Source: an uncultured Actinomycetes bacterium (GTDB taxonomy: Bacteria > Actinomycetota > Thermoleophilia > RBG-16-64-13). From it: 64,000 nucleotides of DNA. Shown here piece after piece: positions 55,328-64,000 of this stretch. The notes below the pieces were generated by a model. It searched no databases. It worked only from the letters and a program-made list of their open reading frames with translations, and was not told the origin of the DNA. Made by a program: the position numbers and the translations under genes. The DNA lies in assembly GCA_903873715.1 (NCBI GenBank), contig CAIQPS010000074.1:2976-66975 (forward strand), written 5' to 3'. How positions within the stretch are numbered: the first letter of the stretch is position 1; each line of letters opens with the position of its first letter.

Positions 55328-57455
55328 GCTCCAACGGGAGAATCGGGAACTGCGCTCCCGTCTGGAAGAGGCCGAGGAGGCCCTGGACGCCATCCGAAGC
55401 GGCGCGGTAGACGGGATCGTAGTCAACACCGAGCGGGGGAACCGAGTCTTCACCTTGGTAGGAGAAGATCACCCCTACCGGCTGCTGGTCGAGGAAATGG
55501 CGGAGGGGGCCCTCACTCTGACCCCCGAGGGGGTCATCCTCTACGCCAACGGTCGCCTCGCGCGTCTACTTCGGGTCCCCCTGGAGACGATCATCGGTTC
55601 CTCCCTGTATTCGTGGGTCGCACCCATCGACGGAGAGGCCCTCCGGCGGTTTCTTCAGAAGGGTGACGACGGGAGGAGCTTCATCGAACTGCGCCTCGTT
55701 GCCGGTGACGACGTCCAGGTCGCAGTCAGTCTCTCGGTGAGCGCTCTGAACGCGGAGGACGGGTTCGGTTCTTACTGTGTCGTCGTGACCGACCTGACGG
55801 AGCACAAGCGCGCAGAGGCTGCCGTCGCGGCCGAGGAGTTGGCGCGCGTCAGGCTGGAGGAAGCGGAGCGGTCGCGCCGTGCCCTGGTCAGATTGGTCGA
55901 GGACGAAAAGAGGGCGCAGGACGCCCTCAGATTGACGCAGATCTCAGTGGATGGCGCGGCGGACATGATCGCGTGGATGGACCGTTACGGGCGGCTGCTC
56001 TACGCGAACAGCGCGTTCTGTCGGCGCCACGGATTCTCGCGCGAGGAATTGGTCGACAAGACCGTGTTCGACGTGGACCCGGGACTGTCGGCGGAGCGGT
56101 GGCTCGAGCAACTCCCTGGGCCGGAAGAGGGCGGTTCTCGAGTCTTCGAAGGACTGGGATACGACCGGGGCGGGAGCGCGTTCCCGGTGGAAGTCACCCT
56201 CACCCGCTGCGAGCACGATGGCGAAGAGTACTTCTTCAGATACGAGCGCGACATCTCCGAGCGCAAGCAGGCAGAGGCGGCTCTCCGCCAGCAAGAAGAA
56301 CAACTCCGCCAAAGCCAGAAGATGGAGGCCGTCGGGCAGTTGGCCGGAGGCATCGCACACGATTTCAACAATCTCATGTGTGCGGTCATCGGCTACAGCG
56401 AACTCCTTCTGGCCTCTCCCGAGCTCTCCGGCTCTCCGGCCCGGGAAGACGTGGAAGAGATCAGGCGCGCAGCGGACCGTGCCGCCGCGCTCACAGCGCA
56501 GATCCTCGCCTTTTCTCGCAAGCAGGTCCTCCAGCCGACGGCGGTGTCTCTGAACCAGGTCCTGTCCGACATGGAGCCCCTACTGCGGCGGACCCTGGGC
56601 GAGCACCTCGACCTGTCGGTGTTGGCCTACCCAGATCTGGGCACCTGCGAGCTGGACGTGCACAAGTTCGAACAGGTGCTTATGAACCTGGCCCTGAACG
56701 CGCGGGACGCCATGGGGCCGGGAGGTCGTCTCACGCTGGAGACCGCCAACGTGGAGTTGGATGCCACCTACTGCGAGGGCCACGCGGACGTCACCCCCGG
56801 CCCCTACGTCATGCTGGCCGTTTCCGACACCGGGGCAGGCATCCCTGCCGACATTCTTCCCCACGTGTTCGAGCCCTTTTTCACCACCAAGCCGACCGGT
56901 CAGGGCACCGGCCTCGGGCTCTCCACCGTCTACGGCATCGTCCGGCAGAGCGGCGGACATGTCTTCCTGTACAGCGAACCGGGCAGCGGGGCCACCTTCA
57001 AGGTGTATCTGCCCCGGATCGCTGCGCCCGCGCCTGCGGCGGCGGTCTCGATGGAGTTCGTCGGAGAGACCCAGGGCACCGAGGCCGTTCTGGTGGTGGA
57101 GGACGAGACGGGGGTGCGTGACCTTGTCTGCCGGGCGCTTGGGTCTCAGGGCTACGAGGTACTGGGCGCTGCGAGCGGGGCAGAGGCTCTAGGTTTGGCC
57201 GCCCAGCGCGACGCTCGGATCGATCTGCTCCTCACCGACTTGGTCCTTCCTGGCGCGATCCAGGGAGTCGAGGTGGCCGACCGTCTGCGGGCCTCTCGGC
57301 CCGACATACTCGTTCTCTACATGTCCGGTTACACTCGCAACGCCATCGAGCACGCGGGCCGGCTGGACCCGGACGTGGACTTCTTGCCGAAGCCGTTCAC
57401 TCTTGAGGAACTGTGTGCCAACGTGAGGGCCGTGTTGGACAACCACCGCCGGTGA
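55296..57455 (+). CDS. PAS-domain hybrid sensor histidine kinase/response regulator (two PAS, HisKA, HATPase_c, C-terminal REC)
   Basis: N-terminal coiled coil and two PAS domains. H-box [12 protein letters not shown] boxes ([25 protein letters not shown]), and a receiver domain ([10 protein letters not shown] ... KPF). Overlaps the end of kaiB2 by 32 nt. Confidence 0.85.
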   Translation: MPEASPKSRSELQRENRELRSRLEEAEEALDAIRSGAVDGIVVNTERGNRVFTLVGEDHPYRLLVEEMAEGALTLTPEGVILYANGRLARLLRVPLETIIGSSLYSWVAPIDGEALRRFLQKGDDGRSFIELRLVAGDDVQVAVSLSVSALNAEDGFGSYCVVVTDLTEHKRAEAAVAAEELARVRLEEAERSRRALVRLVEDEKRAQDALRLTQISVDGAADMIAWMDRYGRLLYANSAFCRRHGFSREELVDKTVFDVDPGLSAERWLEQLPGPEEGGSRVFEGLGYDRGGSAFPVEVTLTRCEHDGEEYFFRYERDISERKQAEAALRQQEEQLRQSQKMEAVGQLAGGIAHDFNNLMCAVIGYSELLLASPELSGSPAREDVEEIRRAADRAAALTAQILAFSRKQVLQPTAVSLNQVLSDMEPLLRRTLGEHLDLSVLAYPDLGTCELDVHKFEQVLMNLALNARDAMGPGGRLTLETANVELDATYCEGHADVTPGPYVMLAVSDTGAGIPADILPHVFEPFFTTKPTGQGTGLGLSTVYGIVRQSGGHVFLYSEPGSGATFKVYLPRIAAPAPAAAVSMEFVGETQGTEAVLVVEDETGVRDLVCRALGSQGYEVLGAASGAEALGLAAQRDARIDLLLTDLVLPGAIQGVEVADRLRASRPDILVLYMSGYTRNAIEHAGRLDPDVDFLPKPFTLEELCANVRAVLDNHRR

Positions 57456-57681
57456 TCCTCAGATAGCGGTCGTCCGGTTCTGGACGTGGCGACTCCGCCT
57501 ATTGGCCGAGCCGATCGGCCTCGACGCCGGCCAAAGGCTTGAGGGCCGGCCTCGCCGTCGCTTTCCTAGGCCCGCTTCCAGATGTAGAAACACCGGCGGG
57601 AGATTCCGCGACGACGACAGGCTAGCGAGATGTTCCCCGACTCCTCGGCATAGCGAAGAACTGAAGTCGTGGATCCCATGG

Positions 57682-59241
57682 CTAGGCCCCGTTCCCCGGC
57701 CCGGTGGGCAGCACGCCCGGGGCCTGGCGGATCATCCGTAGCTTCTCTGCGGCCAGTCTGGGCGACAGGCCGACGGCGTAGATCTCCGGGTTGCGGAGCC
57801 TGCGGACCTCTTCCGGCAGTGACGCCACCTGTTCTCCGGCGCGGGCCCGGATGTCGGCGAGCGCCGGCGCGGGAGCCACCCTCTTGCCACCTGCCATCAC
57901 GGTGACGAGCAGGTCCTCGCAGCGCGACGCGTCCCAGACCGCCCGCAGGAACGACAGGTCCTGCCGTTCGGCGAAGGGCACCGGCGCAGCCGGCTGGCCA
58001 TGGTCGATACTGTCGACGGGCTCGGAATCCAAGCGGATCAGGTCGGCCAGCGGCCGGCCGGTCTCGTCGTAGTAGCGCACCAGGCGCTTGCGGCCGGGGT
58101 CCGTCATCTTGGCCGGGTTGGACGACAGCTTGATGCGCGGCACCCAGTCACCGCCGGCCTCCTGCACCGCCACCAGCTTGTATACGCCGTTCAGGGCGGG
58201 GTGCCCGGAAGAGGTGATGAGATGAGTCCCCACGCCCCAGGAGTTGATGCGCGCCCCCTGCCGTTTGAGGTCGGCGATGAGGTCTTCGTCCAGCTCGTTC
58301 GACGCCACGATGAGCGGGTCGTTGAAGCCCGCCTCGACGAACATCTGATAGGCCGCCTTGCTCAGCCGGGCAAGGTCGCCGGAATCGAGCCGCACCGCGG
58401 CGCGCGCCGGGTTGCCCGCGGCGCGCAACTCCTTGAAGAGCGCCACCGCGTTGGGAAGCCCGGACCGGAGCGTGTCGTAGGTATCCACCAGAAGCACCGG
58501 CCTGGGATAGCAGGCGGCGTATGCCCGGAAGGCCTCCAGCTCGTCGTTGAAGCTCATCACCCAGGAGTGGGCGTGGGTGCCCCGCACTGGTATGCCGAAC
58601 AGCTTGCCGGCCAGCACGTTGGAGGTGCTGTCCGCTCCGCCGATGAAGGCCGCCCGGCTGCCGCTGAGCCCGCCGTCTGGGCCCTGGGCGCGGCGCAGGC
58701 CGAACTCCACCAGTTCGTCGGTGCCGCACGCCAGCCTTATGCGCGCCGCTTTGGTGGCTATGAGCGTCTGGAAGTTGAGGGTGTTGAGCGCCACCGTCTC
58801 GAGCAACTGGGCCTCGAGCAGCGGCCCTTCCACCTGCAGCACCGGCTCGTGCGGGAACACGACCGTCCCCTCCGGCACCGCTTTGATGGTGCACTGGGGC
58901 CGGAACGATTCGAGGTACTCCAGGAAGTCGTCGTCGAACGTCTTGAGGCCGGCGAGGTAGTCGAGGTCCTGGCGGGTGAAGTGCAGGTTCTCGATCTGGT
59001 CGAGGAGTTGCTCCAGCCCCGCGGTGATGGCGAACCCGTTGTGGGCGGGCAGGTCGCGGAACGTGTAGTCGAAGCAGGCGCGCAGGTCGCGGCGGCCGGC
59101 TTTGAGGTAGCCGCCCATCATGGTCAGCTGATAGTAGTCGGTGAGGAGCGCCAGGTCCTCGCGGCGGGCCCACCGCTGGGAGACGTCGCGGCCGGCGGTG
59201 CCGGGCGCGGGGCCGGTCCGGGGGTCCCGGTCAGTCGTCAT
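57682..59241 (-). CDS. pncB: Nicotinate phosphoribosyltransferase
   Basis: 519 aa with NAPRTase family features (LTDYYQLTMMGGY, HAHSWVMSF, type II PRTase fold). Confidence 0.85.
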   Translation of the reverse strand: MTTDRDPRTGPAPGTAGRDVSQRWARREDLALLTDYYQLTMMGGYLKAGRRDLRACFDYTFRDLPAHNGFAITAGLEQLLDQIENLHFTRQDLDYLAGLKTFDDDFLEYLESFRPQCTIKAVPEGTVVFPHEPVLQVEGPLLEAQLLETVALNTLNFQTLIATKAARIRLACGTDELVEFGLRRAQGPDGGLSGSRAAFIGGADSTSNVLAGKLFGIPVRGTHAHSWVMSFNDELEAFRAYAACYPRPVLLVDTYDTLRSGLPNAVALFKELRAAGNPARAAVRLDSGDLARLSKAAYQMFVEAGFNDPLIVASNELDEDLIADLKRQGARINSWGVGTHLITSSGHPALNGVYKLVAVQEAGGDWVPRIKLSSNPAKMTDPGRKRLVRYYDETGRPLADLIRLDSEPVDSIDHGQPAAPVPFAERQDLSFLRAVWDASRCEDLLVTVMAGGKRVAPAPALADIRARAGEQVASLPEEVRRLRNPEIYAVGLSPRLAAEKLRMIRQAPGVLPTGPGNGA

Positions 59242-59932
59242 GGTGCACCGGGTGGCCGTGCTCGTCGTAGGCGGCGGCGGGCCGATTTCCCGAGTCGGCG
59301 ATCTGCTCCGACCTGATGATCGTCACTCCAGCCGCCCGCATCTCGGCGTAGGCCCGGGCGGTGGTGTCCGGAGCCACTCCCCGCACCGCGTCTTCCACCA
59401 CAAAAACGGTGAAACCGGCCTTGCATGCGTCGAGGGCGGTGTTCTTGACGCAGTAGTCCGCCGTCAGCCCCGCGATGAAGACCCGCTCCACCTTGCGCAG
59501 CCGCAGGAACTCGGCCAGGTCGAGCCGTTGCTTGGGGAAGCCGCTGTACTCCTCGAGCGCAGGGTCGTCCCCCTTGCTGATGAGGATGGCGTTCATGGGC
59601 ATCTCGAGCCCGGCGCACCACGCCGCCCCCGGCGTGCCCTGCACGGCGTGCGGGGGCCAGGAGCCGTCGCGGAACTCCGGGTCAGCGGAGAAGCTGACAT
59701 GGTCGTGGGGGTGCCAGTCGCGCGTATAGACCCAGCGGCCGAACTTGGACGTGAGGCCGTTGATGACGGGCACGACGTCGAACCCGCCCTCGACGCCGAG
59801 GGCGCCGCCCGGGCAGAAATCGGCCTGGACGTCGACGACCATCAACACGTCGTGCGCGCCGGTCGAGACCGTGCCGCCGGCAGCAGCCGGTCCGGCCGCC
59901 GTCACGCCTGCGTCACCGCCCGGTCCGTTCAT
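59231..59932 (-). CDS. pncA: Nicotinamidase/pyrazinamidase (isochorismatase family)
   Basis: VVDVQADFCPGGAL and the catalytic Cys (ADYCVKNTALD). 11-nt overlap with pncB. Confidence 0.85.
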   Translation of the reverse strand: MNGPGGDAGVTAAGPAAAGGTVSTGAHDVLMVVDVQADFCPGGALGVEGGFDVVPVINGLTSKFGRWVYTRDWHPHDHVSFSADPEFRDGSWPPHAVQGTPGAAWCAGLEMPMNAILISKGDDPALEEYSGFPKQRLDLAEFLRLRKVERVFIAGLTADYCVKNTALDACKAGFTVFVVEDAVRGVAPDTTARAYAEMRAAGVTIIRSEQIADSGNRPAAAYDEHGHPVHHDD

Positions 59933-61203
59933 CCCCCGAGCACCTCTTTGCCAGCGGGCAGGAACGGCTTTAGCACTGCGGGCACGGCGATGGTGCCGTC
60001 CTCGTTCTGGTAGTTCTCCATGATGGCGATCATGGTCCGGCCCAGTGCCACCACGGTCCCGTTGAGGGTGTGGAGCAGGTAGGGGCTGCCCTTCTCGCCC
60101 TTGGCCCGCACCTTCAGGCGGCGCGCCTGGTAGTCGGTGCAGTTGGAGCAGGAGGTGACTTCGCGGTAGCGCTCCTGGGTGGGCAGCCAGGCCTCGAGGT
60201 CGTACTTCTTGGCGGCCGGGGCGCCGAGGTCGCCCGCGGCGATGTTGACGGCCTGGTAGGGGAGACCCAGATCCTGCAGGACCTCCTCCTCGATGGACCG
60301 CATGAAGTCATGTTCTTCCCGCGATTTGTCCGGCGCGCAGAAGCTGAACATCTCCACCTTGTCGAACTGGTGCACCCGGAAGATGCCCCGGGTGTCCTTG
60401 CCGGCCGCGCCCGCCTCCCGGCGGAAGCAGCTGGAATACCCCACGTAGCGCACCGGCAGGTCGGATTCGTCCAGGATCTCGTCCATGTGCAGCGCCGCCA
60501 GCGGCACCTCGGAGGTGCCCACCAGGTTCAGGTCGTCTGCTTCCACCCGGTACACCTGCTGGGTGTCGGTGGGGAAGAAGCCGGTGCCGAACATGGCCTC
60601 GTCACGCACCAGCACCGGCACTATCACCGGCCGGAAGCCCTTGGACGCCAGCTTCTGCAGGGCGAACTGGACGAGCGCGAACTGCAGGAACACCAGGTCG
60701 CCCTTGAGGTAGGCGAAGCGGCTGCCCGAGGTGCGGGCCCCGCGCTCCATGTCGATCATGTCGGCCGGACCGGCGAGGTCCAGATGGTCCTTCGGCATGA
60801 AGGAGAACTGACGGGGCGTGCCCCATTTGTACATCACTTCCGAGTCTTCCTCGCCGCCCGTAGGCGCGGACTCGTCGGTGAGGTTCGGCACCTGCAGCAG
60901 CTCGGCCTCGAGTTCGGCCTCGACGTCTTTCAGCCGGGCCTCGATGGCCTTGATCTCGTCGCCCACGGCGCGCATGGCTTCGATCTTGGCGGAGGCGTCT
61001 TCTTTGTTGCGCTTGGCCACGGCGATCTCTTCGCTCACCGAGTTGCGCAGGCTGCGCTTCTCCTCGACGGCCACGAGCATCTCGCGGCGCTGCTTGTCGA
61101 GTTCCAGCAGAGTGTCAAGAGCGGCCACCGCATGCGGGCCGCGGCGGCTCAAGGCGGCGCGGACCATGTCCGGCTCGTTCCGGATCAGCTTGATGTCGAG
61201 CAC
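59929..61203 (-). CDS. serS: Seryl-tRNA synthetase
   Basis: Class II aaRS motifs. Start set at the in-frame GTG (MLDIKLIRNEPDMV, cf. E. coli MLDPNLLRNEP) 6 nt after GGGGAG, rather than the ORF-track start at 61209. Confidence 0.9.
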   Translation of the reverse strand: MLDIKLIRNEPDMVRAALSRRGPHAVAALDTLLELDKQRREMLVAVEEKRSLRNSVSEEIAVAKRNKEDASAKIEAMRAVGDEIKAIEARLKDVEAELEAELLQVPNLTDESAPTGGEEDSEVMYKWGTPRQFSFMPKDHLDLAGPADMIDMERGARTSGSRFAYLKGDLVFLQFALVQFALQKLASKGFRPVIVPVLVRDEAMFGTGFFPTDTQQVYRVEADDLNLVGTSEVPLAALHMDEILDESDLPVRYVGYSSCFRREAGAAGKDTRGIFRVHQFDKVEMFSFCAPDKSREEHDFMRSIEEEVLQDLGLPYQAVNIAAGDLGAPAAKKYDLEAWLPTQERYREVTSCSNCTDYQARRLKVRAKGEKGSPYLLHTLNGTVVALGRTMIAIMENYQNEDGTIAVPAVLKPFLPAGKEVLGG

Positions 61204-61276
61204 CGGCACTCCCCTCGGGGTATGAGGCTGTTTTCCATTATGGGCCGCCGCGAAGCGGCCCCGACCGGGGTCCGCG

Positions 61277-62224
61277 TCAGCGAGACGTGAACGCCAGCGG
61301 CTTGCCTACAGGATAGCTGCCCAGCACGGTCAGGCGGGGCAGTTTGCAGCACAGGCACCGCAGAGCGTCCGCGATGGGCCCGTCATCGACCTTCCCTTCC
61401 ATGTCCACAAGGAAGAGGTAGTCGCCCAGGCGCCGCTTCGACGGCCGCGATTCGATCTTGGTGAGGTTTATCCGCCGGAAGGCGAACTCCTGCAGGATGA
61501 GGAGCAGGGCCCCGGGCTGGTCCTTGACGATCTCGCAGACCACGGAGGTCTTGTAGGGCTCGAACCAGTCCTGCCGCTCCCGCTGCCGGGCGAGGAACAC
61601 GAACCGGGTCTCGTTGTCCTTGTGGTCCTCGATGTCCGGGGCCAGGATCTCGCAGCCGTAGGTCTCGCCGGCCAGCCTGTTGCCGATGGCCGCCCAGGGC
61701 TGGTCGGTCTTCGCCACGCGCTCGACCGCGTTGGCGGTGGAGTTGGCCGCCTCGACCTCGACGCCCGGCAGGTTGGCCCGCATCCAGATGCGGCACTGGG
61801 CGTTGGCGTGCGGGTGGGAGACCACTTTCTTGACCTGGTCGAGCGTGATCCCGGGGCGGACAAGCAACTGGTGCCGCACGGGGATCCGCACCTCGCGGAC
61901 TATCTGGAGGTTGTCGATCTCGTGGGTCAGGATGTCTACCGTGGCCGAGACCGAGCCCTCGATGGAGTTCTCGATCGGGACGATGGACACGTCCACCTCG
62001 CCCGAGGACACCGCTTCGATGGTGTCCTGCATTGAAGCGAAGGGGATGAAGCGCCGGGTACCACCGTCGGGCCGTTGCTGCGCGATGGTGTCCCGGAGCG
62101 CGACCTCGGTGAACGTCCCCTGCGGTCCCAGGAAGCCGATGGTGTTGGCGGCCACCGGGAGCGGCTCGCTGAAGGCGGAGATCGACCAGGAGGGCAGGGT
62201 GGAACCCATGGGGTCGCAGCCCAT
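61277..62224 (-). CDS. pheA: Prephenate dehydratase
   Basis: PDT domain (IGFLGPQGTFTE) plus C-terminal ACT domain (ESRPSKRRLGDYLFLVDMEG). The ATG overlaps the stop of the upstream DUF4446 gene. Confidence 0.85.
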   Translation of the reverse strand: MGCDPMGSTLPSWSISAFSEPLPVAANTIGFLGPQGTFTEVALRDTIAQQRPDGGTRRFIPFASMQDTIEAVSSGEVDVSIVPIENSIEGSVSATVDILTHEIDNLQIVREVRIPVRHQLLVRPGITLDQVKKVVSHPHANAQCRIWMRANLPGVEVEAANSTANAVERVAKTDQPWAAIGNRLAGETYGCEILAPDIEDHKDNETRFVFLARQRERQDWFEPYKTSVVCEIVKDQPGALLLILQEFAFRRINLTKIESRPSKRRLGDYLFLVDMEGKVDDGPIADALRCLCCKLPRLTVLGSYPVGKPLAFTSR

Positions 62225-63057
62225 CAGCGCTCACCCCTGTCGTCGTCGATGAAGAAGCGCTCGTCGTCGATGTCGTAGCGCTGCTCGTCGGCGGCCGGGG
62301 TAGACGCCCTGCGCTTGCGCACGTACTGGGCGGCCAGGCTGTCGGAGTCCGGCGAGGGTGTCTCCGGGTCGCCCCAGCCGGTGGCGGAGGCGGTGACGGT
62401 CTCGACGAGGGGCGGCAGGCCCTGGCGCTTGCGGCGCCGGTTCTCGCGGTCCAGTTCGCGGTCGGACGGCGGCCTGCGGCCCGGCAGCCCCGAAGCGAGC
62501 AGGTCGGCGGTGTCGGCGTCCATCTCGGGGATCCTCACCGAGTCGGCGCCCCCGCGGGGCTTGATCGTGAACGGCCCGGCGCCCCTGGCCTGGTCGACGG
62601 CCTCCTGCTCTTCGGGCGCCAGCGGGATGTCCGGCTGGCCGTCCTTGAGGAGCTTCACGTACATCCGGGCGAAATCGCGGCTCACGACGGTGGTGATGAC
62701 CACGCCGTTGCCCTGGCTGTTGAGGAAGGCGACGGCCGCGCTCTGCCGGCCGCCCAGATCCTGGTAGGCGTCGAAGCGCACGACCCCGATGCGGGCCAGC
62801 GTGCCGTCGATGCGGACGTCATGGTCGCGGGCCACCAGCGCCAGGTCTTCGAGGGCCACGCGCATGTTGGCCAGTTTGTCGTCCATGGCGGACACGTGCT
62901 CGACGATGTCGACGTTGCCCCGGGAGCCCATGATCACGTGCTGATTCCGGTGGAAGCGCTGCAACCGCCGGAACACGAGGTACAGACCGACGCACGCGGC
63001 GATGGCCACGGCGAGCGCCAGCACGGCAAGGACTTCGAATCCCTGTACGAGGCTCAA
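62224..63057 (-). CDS. DUF4446 family protein (N-terminal TM, conserved actinobacterial-type hypothetical)
   Basis: TTG start 6 nt after AAGGGG. TM helix followed by the conserved MDDKL...RIGVVRFDAYQDLGGRQSAAVAFLNSQGNGVVITTVVSRDFARMYVK core, then a charged C-terminal tail. Confidence 0.65.
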   Translation of the reverse strand: MSLVQGFEVLAVLALAVAIAACVGLYLVFRRLQRFHRNQHVIMGSRGNVDIVEHVSAMDDKLANMRVALEDLALVARDHDVRIDGTLARIGVVRFDAYQDLGGRQSAAVAFLNSQGNGVVITTVVSRDFARMYVKLLKDGQPDIPLAPEEQEAVDQARGAGPFTIKPRGGADSVRIPEMDADTADLLASGLPGRRPPSDRELDRENRRRKRQGLPPLVETVTASATGWGDPETPSPDSDSLAAQYVRKRRASTPAADEQRYDIDDERFFIDDDRGER

Positions 63058-63092
63058 GATCTACCCCTTTTGGGCATCGCTTCGCGCCGGCC

Positions 63093-64000
63093 CTAGAGTT
63101 TGAAGATTACGGTGGCTTCCAGAGAGTTGTTCGTGGTGACCTTCTCGCCCGGGACCGGGCCGGCCTCCACCTTCACCGTGGCCTGGACCCCATAGTCGGT
63201 GGGGTTGAGACCCTTGACCTCGACGGTCACCTTCTCGCCGCCCTTGATCTCGGGGATGCTCACCGTCACCTTCTGCGGGGTCTCGCCTTCGACGCCCAGC
63301 GTGACCACCACGGGGACGTCCTTCTCGGCCATGTTGCCCTGGTTCTGGACGGTCACCTGGAAGGCCAGTTCTTCGCTGGAGGTGAGGTTGTAGGTCTGGC
63401 CGGCCTTGATCTGCTGGGCGTCGGGCTGGGCCATGACCTTGCTCACCGACACGCCGTGCACCGCCTGCAGGCTCCCGGTGCTCTTGAGCTGGGAGATGAT
63501 CTCCTGGGCGGAGGCCTTGGAGGCCAGGTCCGGGTCCTCCAGGAACTTGGAAGCGGGGACGGTGATGCCGTCCAGGCTCCGCTCCTTGACGATGTCGGTG
63601 GCGCCCTTGGCGAACACCGTGGTGTACAGGAAGTCCGAGTTGGTCAGATAGTAGAGCGCCTGGGAGATCTGCTCGGCCGCCACGTCGGTGTCCTCCACCT
63701 CGAGGGCGTTCATGAGCGAGGGCTCCAGGCTCTCCAGGCCTTCCCGCCTGAAGGTCATGACCATGACGAAGAACTGGTGGATGTTCTTGTCGACCAGTTC
63801 CTTGGGCGCGGCGAGGTTCTTCGCCTGCGTCTCCAGCTGCTGAGATTTCGACACGAAGCCGTCGAGCTTGGTCTGGATCTCCTTGCGGCTGGTGTCGCCG
63901 GGCTGGGTGAGGAGGGTGCTGAGGCCTGCCCCGATCGCGTCGGACTGCTTCACGATGGACGAGACCGACGTCATGTACTTCTGGTAGTCGGACGCCTCTC
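63093..64000 (-). CDS. Hypothetical protein with C-terminal CARDB-like beta-sandwich; 5' end lies beyond the window
   Basis: The reading frame stays open to the window edge (...EASDYQKYMTSVSS...). The C-terminal VKGLNPTDYGVQATVKVEAGPVPGEKVTTNNSLEATVIFKL resembles CARDB/adhesion-like domains. GC is somewhat lower than in the surrounding DNA. Confidence 0.5.
   Translation of the reverse strand, partial: EASDYQKYMTSVSSIVKQSDAIGAGLSTLLTQPGDTSRKEIQTKLDGFVSKSQQLETQAKNLAAPKELVDKNIHQFFVMVMTFRREGLESLEPSLMNALEVEDTDVAAEQISQALYYLTNSDFLYTTVFAKGATDIVKERSLDGITVPASKFLEDPDLASKASAQEIISQLKSTGSLQAVHGVSVSKVMAQPDAQQIKAGQTYNLTSSEELAFQVTVQNQGNMAEKDVPVVVTLGVEGETPQKVTVSIPEIKGGEKVTVEVKGLNPTDYGVQATVKVEAGPVPGEKVTTNNSLEATVIFKL

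Noticed and set aside
1-64000. CRISPR arrays, insertion sequences, integrases/transposases, toxin-antitoxin or restriction-modification genes
   Set aside because: No spaced direct-repeat arrays, transposase/integrase-like ORFs or recognisable defence gene motifs were seen. Repeats found are short and local (tRNA-derived inverted repeat, the 12-bp x3 coding repeat, operator-like palindromes).

Overview
High-GC (~68%) bacterial chromosomal window, probably an actinobacterium or similar Gram-positive-like organism. It is densely coded with about 60 protein genes, 3 tRNAs, and many overlapping spurious ORFs typical of GC-rich DNA.

Main content, in order:
- Mo-hydroxylase operon (small/large/FAD subunits; the FAD subunit is cut by the window edge).
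- MBL-hydrolase plus CDF metal exporter, and tadA.
- CocE/NonD hydrolase.
- A complete liv-type branched-chain amino-acid ABC operon (livK-H-M-G-F) plus an orphan solute-binding protein.
- azlCD, benE, serC, tatA and a UvrD-family helicase.
- tRNA-Arg(ACG), tRNA-Ser(GCT) and tRNA-Ser(TGA).
- MsrP/MsrQ-like Mo-oxidoreductase pair and an FKBP.
- A cytoplasmic three-subunit Mo-bisPGD oxidoreductase operon (FAD reductase, catalytic subunit, 4x[4Fe-4S] subunit).
- A QueG-like Fe-S protein, several MFS transporters, and a PQQ-propeller protein.
- pncA-pncB, serS and pheA.

Most notable:
1. A KaiA-less kaiC-kaiB-kaiB cluster directly followed by a PAS hybrid histidine kinase. KaiC carries a C-terminal coiled-coil extension, and an AT-rich AGAGT/ACTCT repeat element sits upstream.
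2. An OsmC/Ohr-family gene whose conserved peroxidatic Cys codon is an in-frame TGA, followed 5 nt later by a SECIS-like hairpin. It is a candidate selenoprotein.

Other points worth a look: a bacterial ERG2/sigma-1-receptor homologue, an acyltransferase-3 gene lacking a canonical start codon, and a tRNA-Ser flanked by tRNA-3'-end-derived inverted repeats.
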